64,000 bases of DNA from Eledone cirrhosa (GCA_964016885.1 OZ024740.1:25296001-25360000); one strand, 5' to 3'; positions 26,129 through 37,545 are shown, counted from the first letter of the stretch. Numbers and translations: made by a program. Notes: generated by a model not told the origin, from the letters alone.

Positions 26129-27925
26129 GAACCGCGTAAAACTAATCGGTGCGTCATCAATGAAATCAACGATGCTGGGTTTAAAATCACATCTGATCTC
26201 GACATCCTGGACCCGACCGAACCTCTGGACCCTATTTCTCCCCACTTTACCCTGAAGGATCACAAATCCAATTTTCCGAACAACCCCTCTATTCGACTTA
26301 TTAACCCTACGAAGTCCGAGTTAGGTAGACTTAGTAAAACGATTCTCGATAGAATTATACCTGAAATTAGAAGTTTGGCCCCTCTCGCACTGTGGAACAA
26401 TTCTTTCGCGGTGATTGATTGGTTCAACGGCATATGTAACAAGGAACATTGCCGTTTTATCCAATTCGACATCAACAATTACTACTCCTCCATCACTTTA
26501 CCACTTCTCCTTAGAGCTATCAATTTCGCTAAAACACTCACAGTGGTTAAGGGTTTCGAAGTTGATGTCATCCTTAATGCCCGAAAGTCAGTGAATAATT
26601 TCGACGACTCTATCTGGATTAAAAAATCCAATAGTACCCCATTCGACGTGAGTATGGGCGCCAGTGAATCTGCGGAGGTTACTGATCTTATTGGCCTTTT
26701 CCTTCTTTTCTCTATCAAGGACGAATTCCCCAACGCGGGCGGTGGTTTGTACCGTGACGATGGTCTTTTGACCATGACTAAGTGCCGACCTCGTGCTTGC
26801 GACAGGTTCAGAAAAGAACTCACATCCTTCTATAAAGTCTTCAACCTCTCTATACAGGTTGAGGCCAATCTCTCGGACGTTAATTACCTCGACGTTACCC
26901 TCAATTTATTGAATGGGTTGTATTACCCGTATAGAAAGCCGAATGATACGCTTAATTACATAAGTAAGCATTCCAACCATCCTGCCAGCATAACCAAGAA
27001 CCTGGTAAGAAACGTTTCGTTGAGGCTTTCCCGTCTTTCCACCAACGAGCGCATTTTCAACGACCATTCCACTTATTACAATGAAGCTCTTGCTCGAAGT
27101 GGATTTGTCGATAAGGTAGTTTATACAGAGTACGAAAATAGACCTAGAAGAAATAGATCCCGTCGCATTTGTTGGTTTAACCCACCATATAATATGGAGG
27201 TGGCCACACCATTAGCTAAGATCTTTCTTTCCCTTATTACGAAGCATTTTCCCCCTACACATAAATATAGTAACATTTTAAATAGAAATACTATTAAAAT
27301 TTCTTACTCTACGACTCCTAACCTTGCACATAACATCACAGCTTCAAATGTAGCTCAACTACCTAGCCGTAGGAACACGTGCAACCCTGTAGTTAGTACT
27401 AACTGTAATTGTAGGAATCGGGCTGATTGCCCCCTATCCGGGAAATACCTCTCTAGTAACATTGTCTACAAATGTAAGGTTGTAACACCCACGTCCCGTA
27501 GGGCCTACATAGGGTTAACCACCAATAGTTTCAAGCAGCGTCTTTACATGCATACCCATTGTTTTCGTTACCCTCTAAGAAGGAATATGACGTCACTTTC
27601 AGCTTATATCTGGAGTCTAAAAGACAACCACACCCAATATAAGTTACACTGGGAGATCCTAGCTAGGGCTAGATCGTATAACGGAAATAAAAGACCATTT
27701 GACCTCTGCGCCGCAGCGGCCCTGGAAATACTCTACGCCACAGACCACATCTTAAACAAAAAATCCGAGGCAATTTCGGCTTGTAAACATAAATTGCACA
27801 AAACTTTCCTGTATTACAGCCCCACGTTATACACTAACGGATATCACGATCTATATGTGGATATTTTACGTCTTGATGTGGGAGCTAAGTATATGTTTTG
27901 TTTATTCCTTTACTTATTTGCATAG
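26129..27925 (+). CDS. PLE reverse transcriptase-GIY-YIG endonuclease, 5'-incomplete and probably inactive
   Basis: Frame open from 26129: FTLKDHKSNF..NPSIRLINPTKSELG, QFDINNYYSSI, SMGA, GGLYRDDGL (catalytic DD), YLDVTLNL, SNHP, WFNPPY, CNCR..CPL, IVYKCKV...YIGLT. In-frame stop at 26126-26128 upstream. Confidence 0.88.
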   Translation, partial: EPRKTNRCVINEINDAGFKITSDLDILDPTEPLDPISPHFTLKDHKSNFPNNPSIRLINPTKSELGRLSKTILDRIIPEIRSLAPLALWNNSFAVIDWFNGICNKEHCRFIQFDINNYYSSITLPLLLRAINFAKTLTVVKGFEVDVILNARKSVNNFDDSIWIKKSNSTPFDVSMGASESAEVTDLIGLFLLFSIKDEFPNAGGGLYRDDGLLTMTKCRPRACDRFRKELTSFYKVFNLSIQVEANLSDVNYLDVTLNLLNGLYYPYRKPNDTLNYISKHSNHPASITKNLVRNVSLRLSRLSTNERIFNDHSTYYNEALARSGFVDKVVYTEYENRPRRNRSRRICWFNPPYNMEVATPLAKIFLSLITKHFPPTHKYSNILNRNTIKISYSTTPNLAHNITASNVAQLPSRRNTCNPVVSTNCNCRNRADCPLSGKYLSSNIVYKCKVVTPTSRRAYIGLTTNSFKQRLYMHTHCFRYPLRRNMTSLSAYIWSLKDNHTQYKLHWEILARARSYNGNKRPFDLCAAAALEILYATDHILNKKSEAISACKHKLHKTFLYYSPTLYTNGYHDLYVDILRLDVGAKYMFCLFLYLFA

Positions 27926-28771
27926 GTAAGTATATATTACCCGTATGTTTTGTGTAGGTATGTATACCTTCTCGTACGTATATTTGATTGTTATGGCGTA
28001 TAATTTTTATATATTCTGGTATTTAGGGTATGGCTATGTGTATACGGGAGTTATGCGTCTGCGTGAATATGCAGGTTCGTACGTATGGTGGGTGTGTGTA
28101 TATGTGTACTTCTTGTTTTAGTTGACTTACGTCTCCGAACATTCGTGTATTTATATGTAGGTATGTGTGTGCGCTTGTTATATACGTATTTATTTACTTA
28201 TATACGTTTATATAATTATTTATTAATTTGTACACAAGCATACACGCACACACATATTTATATGTGCGTGGTTTTGTATACCTATGGTAAGGTTTTGCGT
28301 ATGCTTGTGTATGTACGTATTTGTTTGCGTGTATGTATTTATTTATTTCTATTACTTCTGTATTGTATTTATTTACTTTGTTCTTAACTCTGTAGCGGAG
28401 ATTCATTTGGTCTCCTAGTAAGAATTTTAGTCTACGACTTCTGCTATACCATTTACGTGGTTTTGTCTTTGCGTGCTATTGTTCTCCACGGTCCATATAT
28501 GACTTATTATCTTCGTTTTTTGTTCATTGCCAGAGAACGTCTCTATGCACTACATAAGAGAACATTAGTCTACGACCTCTTTTATACCATAAACGTGGTT
28601 CTGTCTTTGCGCGTAATTGTTTTTCACCGCTCCTATTAATGACGTATTATTCGTTTTTTCCCGTTCTTAGCCAGCGAACGTTACCACGAACCAAAGTATC
28701 GTCTTCCTGTCTTCCTCCGGTTGCAACGTTTTTTGAAATATCCAGTTCTGCGTTTACAGATTGACTTTGTT

Positions 28772-28822
28772 AGTTTCAGAAGATCCCGTTAAGGGTGAAA
28801 GCAGCGATTCTTTGCTTAAACT
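28772..28822 (+). ncRNA. Hammerhead-like motif at the 3' end of the PLE (variant core)
   Basis: agttt-CAGAAGA-t-ccc/ggg-t-GAAA-gca...tgc-TT-aaact, enclosed by acagattga/ttaatctgt; U4 replaced by A. Confidence 0.55.
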
Positions 28823-28842
28823 TTAATCTGTTATTTTAATAA

Positions 28843-28877
<35 letters not shown>

Positions 28878-29233
28878 TGTGTGTGTGTATATATATGAAT
28901 CTACATAGACTCACAAGCACATGCAGAAGCACACACACATGCACTCATATACAAACATATATACATATATACATCTATATATCAGTAAATATTTTGTCTT
29001 AAGGAGGTAGTGTAAATAATTCAGAGCGATCTACTCTAAAATATACTAAGTAAAAATATTGAGGAGCCAATTTACATGGTAAGTAGGCAGACATAAGCCA
29101 TGTGTAATATATCTTAATTGCTCTATCACTAATTAAGTTAGTCAGAGATACGACCGACAAGTTTCGAAGACAATGTTTCAATCAACGGTAACAAAACTGC
29201 GTATATGTTAGACACCTATATATTACAATATAT

Positions 29234-29354
<121 letters not shown>

Positions 29355-29369
29355 GCGTATATATATAGG

Positions 29370-29409
<40 letters not shown>

Positions 29410-29689
29410 AAGTTGGGGAAGCTGGATGGGAGATAGATAGAGTGAGAGAAACAGAAAAAGAAAGACCGTGTAAAAGTAATGGATGCATACACTTGACTGT
29501 AATAAAGAGAATCAAAACACAAGTATTCTATAAAGAAGGAGATTGAGAAAATGGCGGCTGAACCTTCGTAAATATTTACTCAGAGTTTCATGTCACTGTT
29601 CTTTATCGCAGAAACAATGCCATTTATAACAGATTCGTAATACTCTTTTACACACATCAATTTCTTTTTCTCTCGTTATGTTCTGGGGT

Positions 29690-29840
29690 AATTGAGATAT
29701 CACAGCTCCAATAATGTGGCCATGTGGTTTGAATGTCTCAGGAAAGACTCGATGAACATAACTTACGGGCATATCCAACAAGAAGGAGATGCAGGGCTAG
29801 ACCACGAGAAAGATGGTTGGATAACATCGATGAGCTTGGT
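29690..29840 (+). pseudogene. Degenerate 3' end of an RTE-like LINE ORF
   Basis: Translates across stops/frameshift as QLQ*CGHVV*M...RRRCRARPRERWLDNI, resembling the W.GHV.RM...RGRP..RW.D C-terminus of RTE-type LINEs. Confidence 0.5.
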
Positions 29841-30232
29841 TTCAATAAGACGATCACCAAGGATTCGATACCACTCTTCGGTGACAGTATGTCCTGGTCC
29901 ATCTAAAAATGTGAATGCTATATATCTGTCTTTCTATCATTTCAGAAGTCTATCATGAACATATAGCCCCACATTGAATGTAGTTCAGCTAGTGCATAAT
30001 AGTATCAGACATTTCTGTTCATTTTCTGGATAATTTCCAGTTCCATAGAGCTCTTCATCTGCGAGGCAATAATGCATGGGATTGTGAAATGTGATACACT
30101 ATTTTCTCTTTATACTAAATGACCCAACATAGCAGTATTACTCAGTAAAATTCGCTTTCCCCGTGACTGAAGCTGAATGACTTGCTGCACTTCGTGGGTT
30201 TATTGCAAGTAAATATACAAGGATCAGGTGAA

Positions 30233-30477
30233 GGCGCATGGCTTAGTGGTTAGAGCATTGGGCATACAATCGAAAGGTTGTGAGTTCAATTCTCGGACCG
30301 GGTGATGTGTTGTTTCCTTGACACTTTATTTCACGTTGCTCCAGTTTACTCAGCTGTAGAAATGAGATGATAGGACTGGGGTCCCTATCATTAAATCACT
30401 CAAGACACCTCCAACGAGATATACCTTGGCGGAGGCCAGCTAAACCTTCATAGGTGTGAGCTGTCACACGCACACAC
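30233..30477 (+). mobile_element. CORE-type tRNA SINE with (CA)n tail and 11-bp TSD
   Basis: Closely similar to 15496-15749; TSD gatcaggtgaa at 30222-30232 and 30478-30488. Confidence 0.82.
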
Positions 30478-31108
30478 GATCAGGTGAAAAATTCACAGAC
30501 AATGAAAGAGTAATGCTAGAGCTGTGAAATTTTACGTGCATTAATTTCAACACTTTTTAATAACCGCATTGTTCCTTTCCAAGGACTATGTTAAAAAATA
30601 AATCATATTTGGAGATTACTAGAGAGCATCTTGGTCAGCCCATGGACTAGCAAGCCACGTACATATAGATATATGCGTAGTTTTGTGTTTAGTTTCAATG
30701 TCAGGCCCAATGGAAAAGCCTGGTCTAGTATAGACGTGGACTGCCATATGCCTTCTGGGTAAAATTAGATAGATGATAACTGTGAGAAAAGTCAACAAAC
30801 ATATTCCCAGAAATACACAGAGACTCACACACATACACACACACGCACTTCCACACATATGTACACGCACAAACACATTTATATATATATATGTGTGTGT
30901 GTATGTATATACATATACATAGATAACGGCCGAGAAAGCGGAGTAACGCAACACACTCTCTACCTCGCTTTCCGCTGGAATATAGGATCAAACATATACA
31001 CCCACCATATGTATATATACATATATATATGTGTGTGTGTTTGAGTGTGTGTATGTATGTGTGTGTGTGTTAGAAAGACAGAGTCTCTGTTTCTGTTTAC
31101 GTTTACAC

Positions 31109-31200
<92 letters not shown>

Positions 31201-31378
31201 GAAAGACAGAGTCCATGTTTATGTTTACGTTTGTTTCTATGATTATGTCATGTAAACTAGTGGTTCGACATAAAGAGGTCAACAAAATACGTAACCGGCA
31301 TTAGAGAGTAAGTTCTGGGGTCGAACTGACAGCGGTGCAGCATTGCGTCATTATTTCGATGAGTGAAACCCGTAAAAG

Positions 31379-31439
<61 letters not shown>

Positions 31440-31461
31440 ATTGCCGTTATTTAAGGTTCTA

Positions 31462-32008
31462 CAGGATGGGGCAGAAAGGTTGCCCCGATTTCAATGGTTA
31501 ATAAAAAACAAATGCATGATCATAAGAGAAGAAACTTTGTATTTATAAGTACATTAGATGCCATTAATTTTCTGTTTCAAGTAGCACCCTACCATGGCCT
31601 GGAGAGGAGATCATCGTGCATTTGTTGTGGAAGATTTTCTTAAGGACGGTGAGTCCGTCGTAACGACGCAGCGTTTCTTGCGAAGATACTTTGCGCTTCG
31701 TCGTCATGATCCCGTACCGGACGGAAAAACGATTCGTCTGTCGGTTTCTAACTTTAGAAAAACATCATCGACTTTAAAAAAAGAAAAGTCCTGGCCGTCC
31801 TAGGACCACTACATGGTGAACTTTCGAGAGAGACTTCAAAACTGTATCGATATTGGCGGTTGTCACTTAAGTGATACAATTTTTTAAACCACTTAAACCA
31901 CAATGGCATGTAATGTACTTATTATAAATACAAAGTTTTTTCCCTTATGATCATGTGTTTCTTTTGTATTAACCTTTCAAATCAGGGAAACCTTTGTGCC
32001 CCATCCTG
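31462..32008 (+). mobile_element. Internally deleted Tc1/mariner element
   Basis: TA duplication on both sides; ~105-bp imperfect TIRs (caggatggggca.../...tgccccatcctg); N-terminal HTH peptide MAWRGDHRAFVVE...TQR..RR.F...VPDGKTIR (31594-31803) joined to C-terminal NFRERLQNCIDIGGCHLSDTIF. Confidence 0.85.
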
Positions 32009-32450
32009 TACAATGCAGATGGATAAATCTACGGGTAACAAAATTAGGTGGAACTAAGGAGAAAGTGGATAAAGGAGAGAAATGTAAAATAAAATGAAAA
32101 TGAGAGATGAATTACATTGATATAGAGTTATTGGCCTCTATACTTCGGATTTCATATCCATCGTCGGGGGATTCCGAAGTCTGACACTGACACTTGCAAT
32201 AAACGGCCACGTAGATTCTTTTCCGACAAAACACAGAAGTTCTTTAAGAATCCCCGGTCGTGGGAGATGAAGTCCGAAATATGAGGACCAATAAAAAATT
32301 TCCAAGGTAACTTCATCTCTGGTTTTCATTTCATTTTACATTTCTTTTTACATTTTCCTTCCTCCTCATCCCCTTTCACCCAACTGCAACCTGATTTTGT
32401 TACCCGGAGATTTATCCATCTGCATTGTAGAGGCTTCAAAAACGACCATT
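32009..32450. mobile_element. Foldback/MITE with long diverged TIRs; left end interrupted by the mariner
   Basis: tacaatgcagatggataaatct.cgggtaacaaaat mirrored at 32395-32429; inner mirror ttcggatttcat.tcc...ggggattc / gaatcccc...gga.atgaagtccgaa. Confidence 0.75.
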
Positions 32451-32619
32451 TTTTCATATTCTACAATGCTTCAAGCAAGTCTGAAACTTGGTTTTGAAAC
32501 GGCAAGAGCTCTGCCGTCGGCTCTCCACACTTTATAATATAACCATACTTTACTAGCCATGTTTCGAGTACTTTATTGAGTAACGGTCTAACCAGTGTCA
32601 AACTAAATCTATCCTGATT

Positions 32620-32655
<36 letters not shown>

Positions 32656-32665
32656 AGTATGTATA

Positions 32666-32737
<72 letters not shown>

Positions 32738-32738
32738 A

Positions 32739-32779
<41 letters not shown>

Positions 32780-32802
32780 CATATATAAATCAAAATGGCG
32801 AG

Positions 32803-32849
<47 letters not shown>

Positions 32850-32854
32850 TCTGA

Positions 32855-32965
32855 TGTCAAATCCGGCCGAGGTTGACTTTGCCTTTCATCCTTACGGGGT
32901 CGATAAAATAAAGTACCAGTAATGAACTTGGCAATTGCTGGCCTTGTGCCTAAAGTAGAAACACA
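32855..32965 (+). mobile_element. Meta-domain-type SINE fragment
   Basis: tcaaatccggccgaggttgactttgcctttcatccttacggggtcgataaaataaagtaccagt. Confidence 0.75.
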
Positions 32966-33108
32966 TATATATATATAGAATAAGGAAAAGCTAAGTAGTT
33001 TCGCTTTTCCTTATTCGATATTTACTACGTCACTCCGATGTGGTAAAAGTACGTTGGGTGCTTGATTTGAATTGCATCAATATTTACCCTAATATATATA
33101 TATATATA

Positions 33109-35928
33109 GCGATGAAATGCCTGGGACGGTTGGAGGGTCACTGATGAAGGACTCACTTTTTCATATGCACCAACATTTGCAACGCGCAGCCATCATTATT
33201 ATCATATTTACACATAATTTTTCTTCTGCTCCCACCCGTCCGTTTCGTTCTTTGTACCTTTTACCCTTTCTCGTTCTTTGTACCTTTTACCCTTTCTAGC
33301 AGTCTCTCTCTCTGTTAGCCTCCTCCTCAACTTTCACTCACTCATTCTCTGTCACTACCTCTCCTCCTCCTCTTTCCTCCTCCTCCTTCAAGTTTGACCT
33401 GTGTGTAATTCTTTTCTCGCGCGTTCCTGGTCAAGCTGGTATGGAATTGTTTTCTCTCTCCCTCTCTTTTGTCTGCGACTTCACAAAACTTATGTTTACC
33501 GAATTCATAGACCAGACCCCTTCTCCTTCTTCTTCTTCTTCTTCTTTTTCCCCCCGTTAGACCTGTGCGAAATTCCTTCCTTGCTCACATTTCAACCAGG
33601 TTTGATGGTCTTTTATCTCTTGTTCACGATTTTACCGAGTTTATATTCATAGAGATCTGGGACTTGTCTATTTCTTGTCACTTTCCGTGGCTTAAACCAT
33701 TTTGTTTGTTACCCTAACGTCCCCTTTATTTACGTGTCCCAACGACTTTTTTTAGCAGTTGTTCGCACCAACCTGAAGCATATGGCCCTTAAAGCGATGA
33801 AATGCCTGGGACGGTTGGAGGGTCACTGATGAAGAACTCACTTTTTCATATGCACCAACATTTGCAACGCGCAGCCATCATTATTATCATATTTACACAT
33901 AATTTTTCTTCTGCTGCCACCCGTCCGTTTCGTTCTTTGTACCTTTTACCCTTTCTAGCAGTCTCTCTCTCTGTTAGCCTCCTCCTCAACTTTCACTCAC
34001 TCATTCTCTGTCACTACCTCTCCTCCTCCTCTTTCCTCCTCCTCCTTCAAGTTTGACCTGTGTGTAATTCTTTTCTCGCGCGTTCCTGGTCAAGCTGGTA
34101 TGGAATTATTTTCTCTCTCCCTCTCTTTTGTCTGCGACTTCACACAACTTATGTTTACCGAATTCATAGACCAGACCCCTTCTCCTTCTTCTTCTTCTTC
34201 TTCTTCCCCCCGTTAGAACTGTGCGAAATTCCTTCCTTGCTCACATTTCAACCAGGTTTGATGGTTTTTTCTCTTGTTCACGATTTCACCGAGTTTATAT
34301 TCATAGAGATCTGGGACTTGTCTATTTCTTCTCACTTTCCGTTGCTTAAACCATTTTGTTTGTTACCCTAACGTCCCCTTTATTTACGTGTCCCAACGAC
34401 TTTTTTTAGCCGTTGTTCGCACCAACCTGAGGCATATGGCCCTTAAAGCGATGAAATGCCTGGGACGGTTGGAGGGTCACTGATGAAGGACTCACTTTTT
34501 CATATGCACCACCATTTGCAACGCGCAGCCATCATTATTATCATATTTACACATACTTTTTCTTCTGCTGCCACCCGTCCGTTTCGTTCTTTGTACCTTT
34601 TACCCTTTCTAGCAGTCTCTCTCTCTGTTAGCCTCCTCTTCAACTTTCACTCACTCATTCTCTATCACTACCTCTCCTCCTCCTCTTTCCTCCTCCTCCT
34701 TCAAGTTTGACCTGTGTGTAATTCTTTTCTCGCGCGTTCCTGGTCAAGCTGGTATGGAATTTTTTTCTCTCTCCCTCTCGTTCGTCTGCGACTTCACAAA
34801 ACTTATGTTTACCGAATTCGTAGACCAGACCCCTTCTCCTTCTTCTTCTTCTTCTTCTTCTTCTTCTTCTTCTTCTTCTTCTTCTTCCCCCCGTTAGACC
34901 TGTGCGAAATTCCTTCCTTGCTCACATTTCAACCAGGTTTGATGGTCTTTTGTCTCTTGTTCACGATTTTACCGAGTTTATATTCATAGAGATCTGGGAC
35001 TTGTCTATTTCTTGTCACTTTCCGTTGCTTAAACCATTTTGTTTGTTACCCTAACGTCCCCGTTATTTACGTGTCCCAACGACTTTTTTTAGCCGTTGTT
35101 CGCACCAACCTGAGGCATATGGCCCTTAAAGCGATGAAATTCCTGGGACGGTTGGAGGGTCACTGATGAAGGACTCACTTTTTCATATGCACCACCATTT
35201 GCAACGCGCAGCCATCATTATTATCATATTTACACATAATTTTTCTTCTGCTGCCACCCGTCCGTTTCGTTCTTTGTACCTTTTACCCTTTCTCGTTCTT
35301 TGTACCTTTTACCCTTTCTAGCAGTCTCTCTCTCTGTTAGCCTCCTCCTCAACTTTCACTCACTCATTCTCTGTCACTACCTCTCCTCCTCCTCTTTCCT
35401 CCTCCTCCTTCAAGTTTGACCTGTGTGTAATTCTTTTCTCGCGCGTTCCTGGTCAAGCTGGTATGGAATTGTTTTCTCTCTCCCTCTCTTTCGTCTGCGA
35501 CTTCACAAAACTTATGTTTACCGAATTCATAGACCAGACCCCTTCTCCTTCTTCTTCTTCTTCTTCTTCTTCTTCTTCTTCTTCTTCTTCTTCCCCCCGT
35601 TAGACCTGTGCGAAATTCCTTCCTTGCTCACATTTCAACCAGGTTTGATGTTCTTTTGTCTCTTGTTCACGATTTCACCGAGTTTATATTCATAGAGATC
35701 TGGGACTTGTCTATTTCTTCTCACTTTCCGTTGCTTAAACCATTTTGTTTGTTACCCTAACGTCCCCTTTATTTACGTGTCCCAACGACTTTTTTTAGCC
35801 GTTGTTCGCACAAACCTGAGGCATATGGCCCTTAAAGCGATGAAATGCCTGGGACGGTTGGAGGGTCACTGATGAAGGACTCACTTTTTCATATGCACCA
35901 CCATTTGCAACGCGCAGCCATCATTATT

Positions 35929-35934
<6 letters not shown>
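33109..35934 (+). mobile_element. Non-coding head-to-tail array (4 full units plus ~100 nt) in (TA)n; candidate retrozyme-like element
   Basis: Unit starts at 33109, 33794, 34448, 35131 and 35837 (685/654/683/706 bp); pyrimidine-rich; variable (CTT)n; hammerhead core strands at each junction. Confidence 0.75.
34422..34499 (+). ncRNA. Candidate non-circularly permuted hammerhead ribozyme (best-conserved copy)
   Basis: AGGCAT-A|TGGCCCT ... GAAA-TGCCT ... AGGGTCA-CTGATGA: 6-bp stem III, 7-bp stem I, intact core strands; stem II is irregular. Confidence 0.6.
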
Positions 35935-35958
<24 letters not shown>

Positions 35959-35962
<4 letters not shown>

Positions 35963-36157
35963 AGTAAGTAAGACCCCGACGGCTGAGCTCAAGCCGTTTC
36001 GACGGCTAATTCTGTACTCAATTACAGCATTAGCCGTCGAAAGGGCTTGAGATCAGCCGTCGGTGTCTTACTTACTCCTATTACCCACTCTACTACCCTA
36101 AGTATTGAGTACTTTGGTGCGTTATGGTCCACCTGGTTCCTTACCACTTTTCCCTCG

Positions 36158-36158
<1 letters not shown>
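35959..36158 (-). mobile_element. Family P element (palindrome 35959-36080 plus leader), minus orientation
   Basis: Homologous to 8956-9185; tattgagtac motif at ~36103; (TA)n flanks. Confidence 0.7.
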
Positions 36159-36210
<52 letters not shown>

Positions 36211-36214
<4 letters not shown>

Positions 36215-36364
36215 AAAAAGATGAAATCGAAAATTCAACTAGAGTCTTATTTAAAAAAATATATATATTCATTTGGTCCCTTTACCGGTCGGTTTCGCAG
36301 TTCTTCTGCTTTTCAAAAGTAGAGTTGAGATGGAGGGTCGGTGGTTTTTCTCACATCTCAGATG
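36211..36364 (-). mobile_element. PLE family C pLTR fragment with U3-A8 hammerhead motif
   Basis: Reverse complement matches 20078-20225; stem III carries a 4-nt duplication. Confidence 0.65.
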
Positions 36365-36377
36365 TATATATATATAT

Positions 36378-36556
36378 AATTGTTTCTACTTTTGGCACAA
36401 GGCCAGCAATTATCACCAGTACATTACTGGTACAGGCCCAGTAAGGATGAAAGGCAAAGGTAACCTCGGCGGGATTTGAACTCAGAATGGCAACGGCAGT
36501 AACTCTATGCGTCAAAGCATGGCGTCCGACCTTCTACCGATACTGCCAATCCACCA
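36378..36556 (-). mobile_element. Meta-domain-type SINE
   Basis: aaggatgaaaggcaaaggtaacctcggcgggatttgaactcag...ctaccgatactgccaatccacc. Confidence 0.7.
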
Positions 36557-36899
36557 TATATAATGTATGTATATCTGCCTGTTCACACCGTTTCTCTCCG
36601 TCTCCATCTCTCCATCTCTCTATCTAACTCTGCAAGTGTCAATTCCTCCGTCTCTCTGTCGCCCCCCTCTCTCTTTATCTGTATTTCTGTTTAAACGTAT
36701 TATATATAACCTCTCTCTCTCGCACTGTCGCCTTGCGTCTTTCAGACACTACTACTACTACTACTACTATTCGATTCGTGCAGTGTTTCATATAATTCCG
36801 ACTATTTTCCTCTTCCTTCCATTCACTCCCTCACACTCACAACTACCTCCCACCTCACCTCTTTCTAACACACACGATTTCGTTTCGTCTATTCGATCT

Positions 36900-36978
36900 C
36901 TCCATCTATCTATCTATCTATCTTCCTATCTATCGTTATATCTATCCCTTTATTTCTATCATTCCCTCCCTCCCTCCT

Positions 36979-37015
<37 letters not shown>

Positions 37016-37545
37016 CCATCCACCCCTTCATCACAGTCAATAGAACATTTCCTAGTCCTACCACAACACTGTTCAAGCCAAGCTCTCCAGCACAACAGCG
37101 CTCCTTCCTCTCTCCCTCCTTCTCTCTGTCAGTTAATCTCTCATTCTCACTCGCTCCCCCTCTCTCTCTCTCTCTCTCTCTCTCACTCAATCTCACTTTC
37201 TCGTTCTCTCGCTCTCATTCTCCCACCCTCTCTCTATCACACACTCTCTCATTCTCGCTCCACCTCTCTCACACACTCTCTCTCCCACTCTCCCATTCTT
37301 GCTCCCTCTCACTCACACAGTCTCTCCTCCACTCTCTCACTCTCGCTCCCTCTCTGTCGCACTCTCTCACCCTCTCTCTCTCTTTCACACACACACTCTC
37401 TCTCCCACTCTCTCATGCTCGCTCCCTCTCACTCGCACTCTCTCACCCTCTCTCTCTCACACACTCTGCCATGCTCGCTCCCTCTCACTCGGACTCTCTC
37501 ACCCTCTCTCACACACACATACTCTCTCTCTCTCTCTCTCATATC
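36900..37545. repeat. Degenerate (CT)n/(CTCA)n polypyrimidine tract
   Basis: Direct inspection. Confidence 0.85.

Larger units (their letters stand above)
26070..28843 (+). mobile_element. 5'-truncated Penelope-like element, probably Hydra-clade, in (TA)n
   Basis: RT plus GIY-YIG frame, ~900-nt 3' region with an internal ~140-bp tandem duplication (28420-28690), terminal hammerhead-like motif, aataaa, then (TA)n. Confidence 0.85.

Noticed and set aside
34430-34470. SECIS-like reading of the junction hairpin
   Set aside because: No properly spaced AUGA/GA quartet with apical AA, and no upstream selenoprotein ORF.
33117-35695. Repeated short ORFs (MPGTVGG..., MCNSFLAR...) in the tandem array
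   Set aside because: Lengths and frames vary between units and composition reflects pyrimidine tracts.
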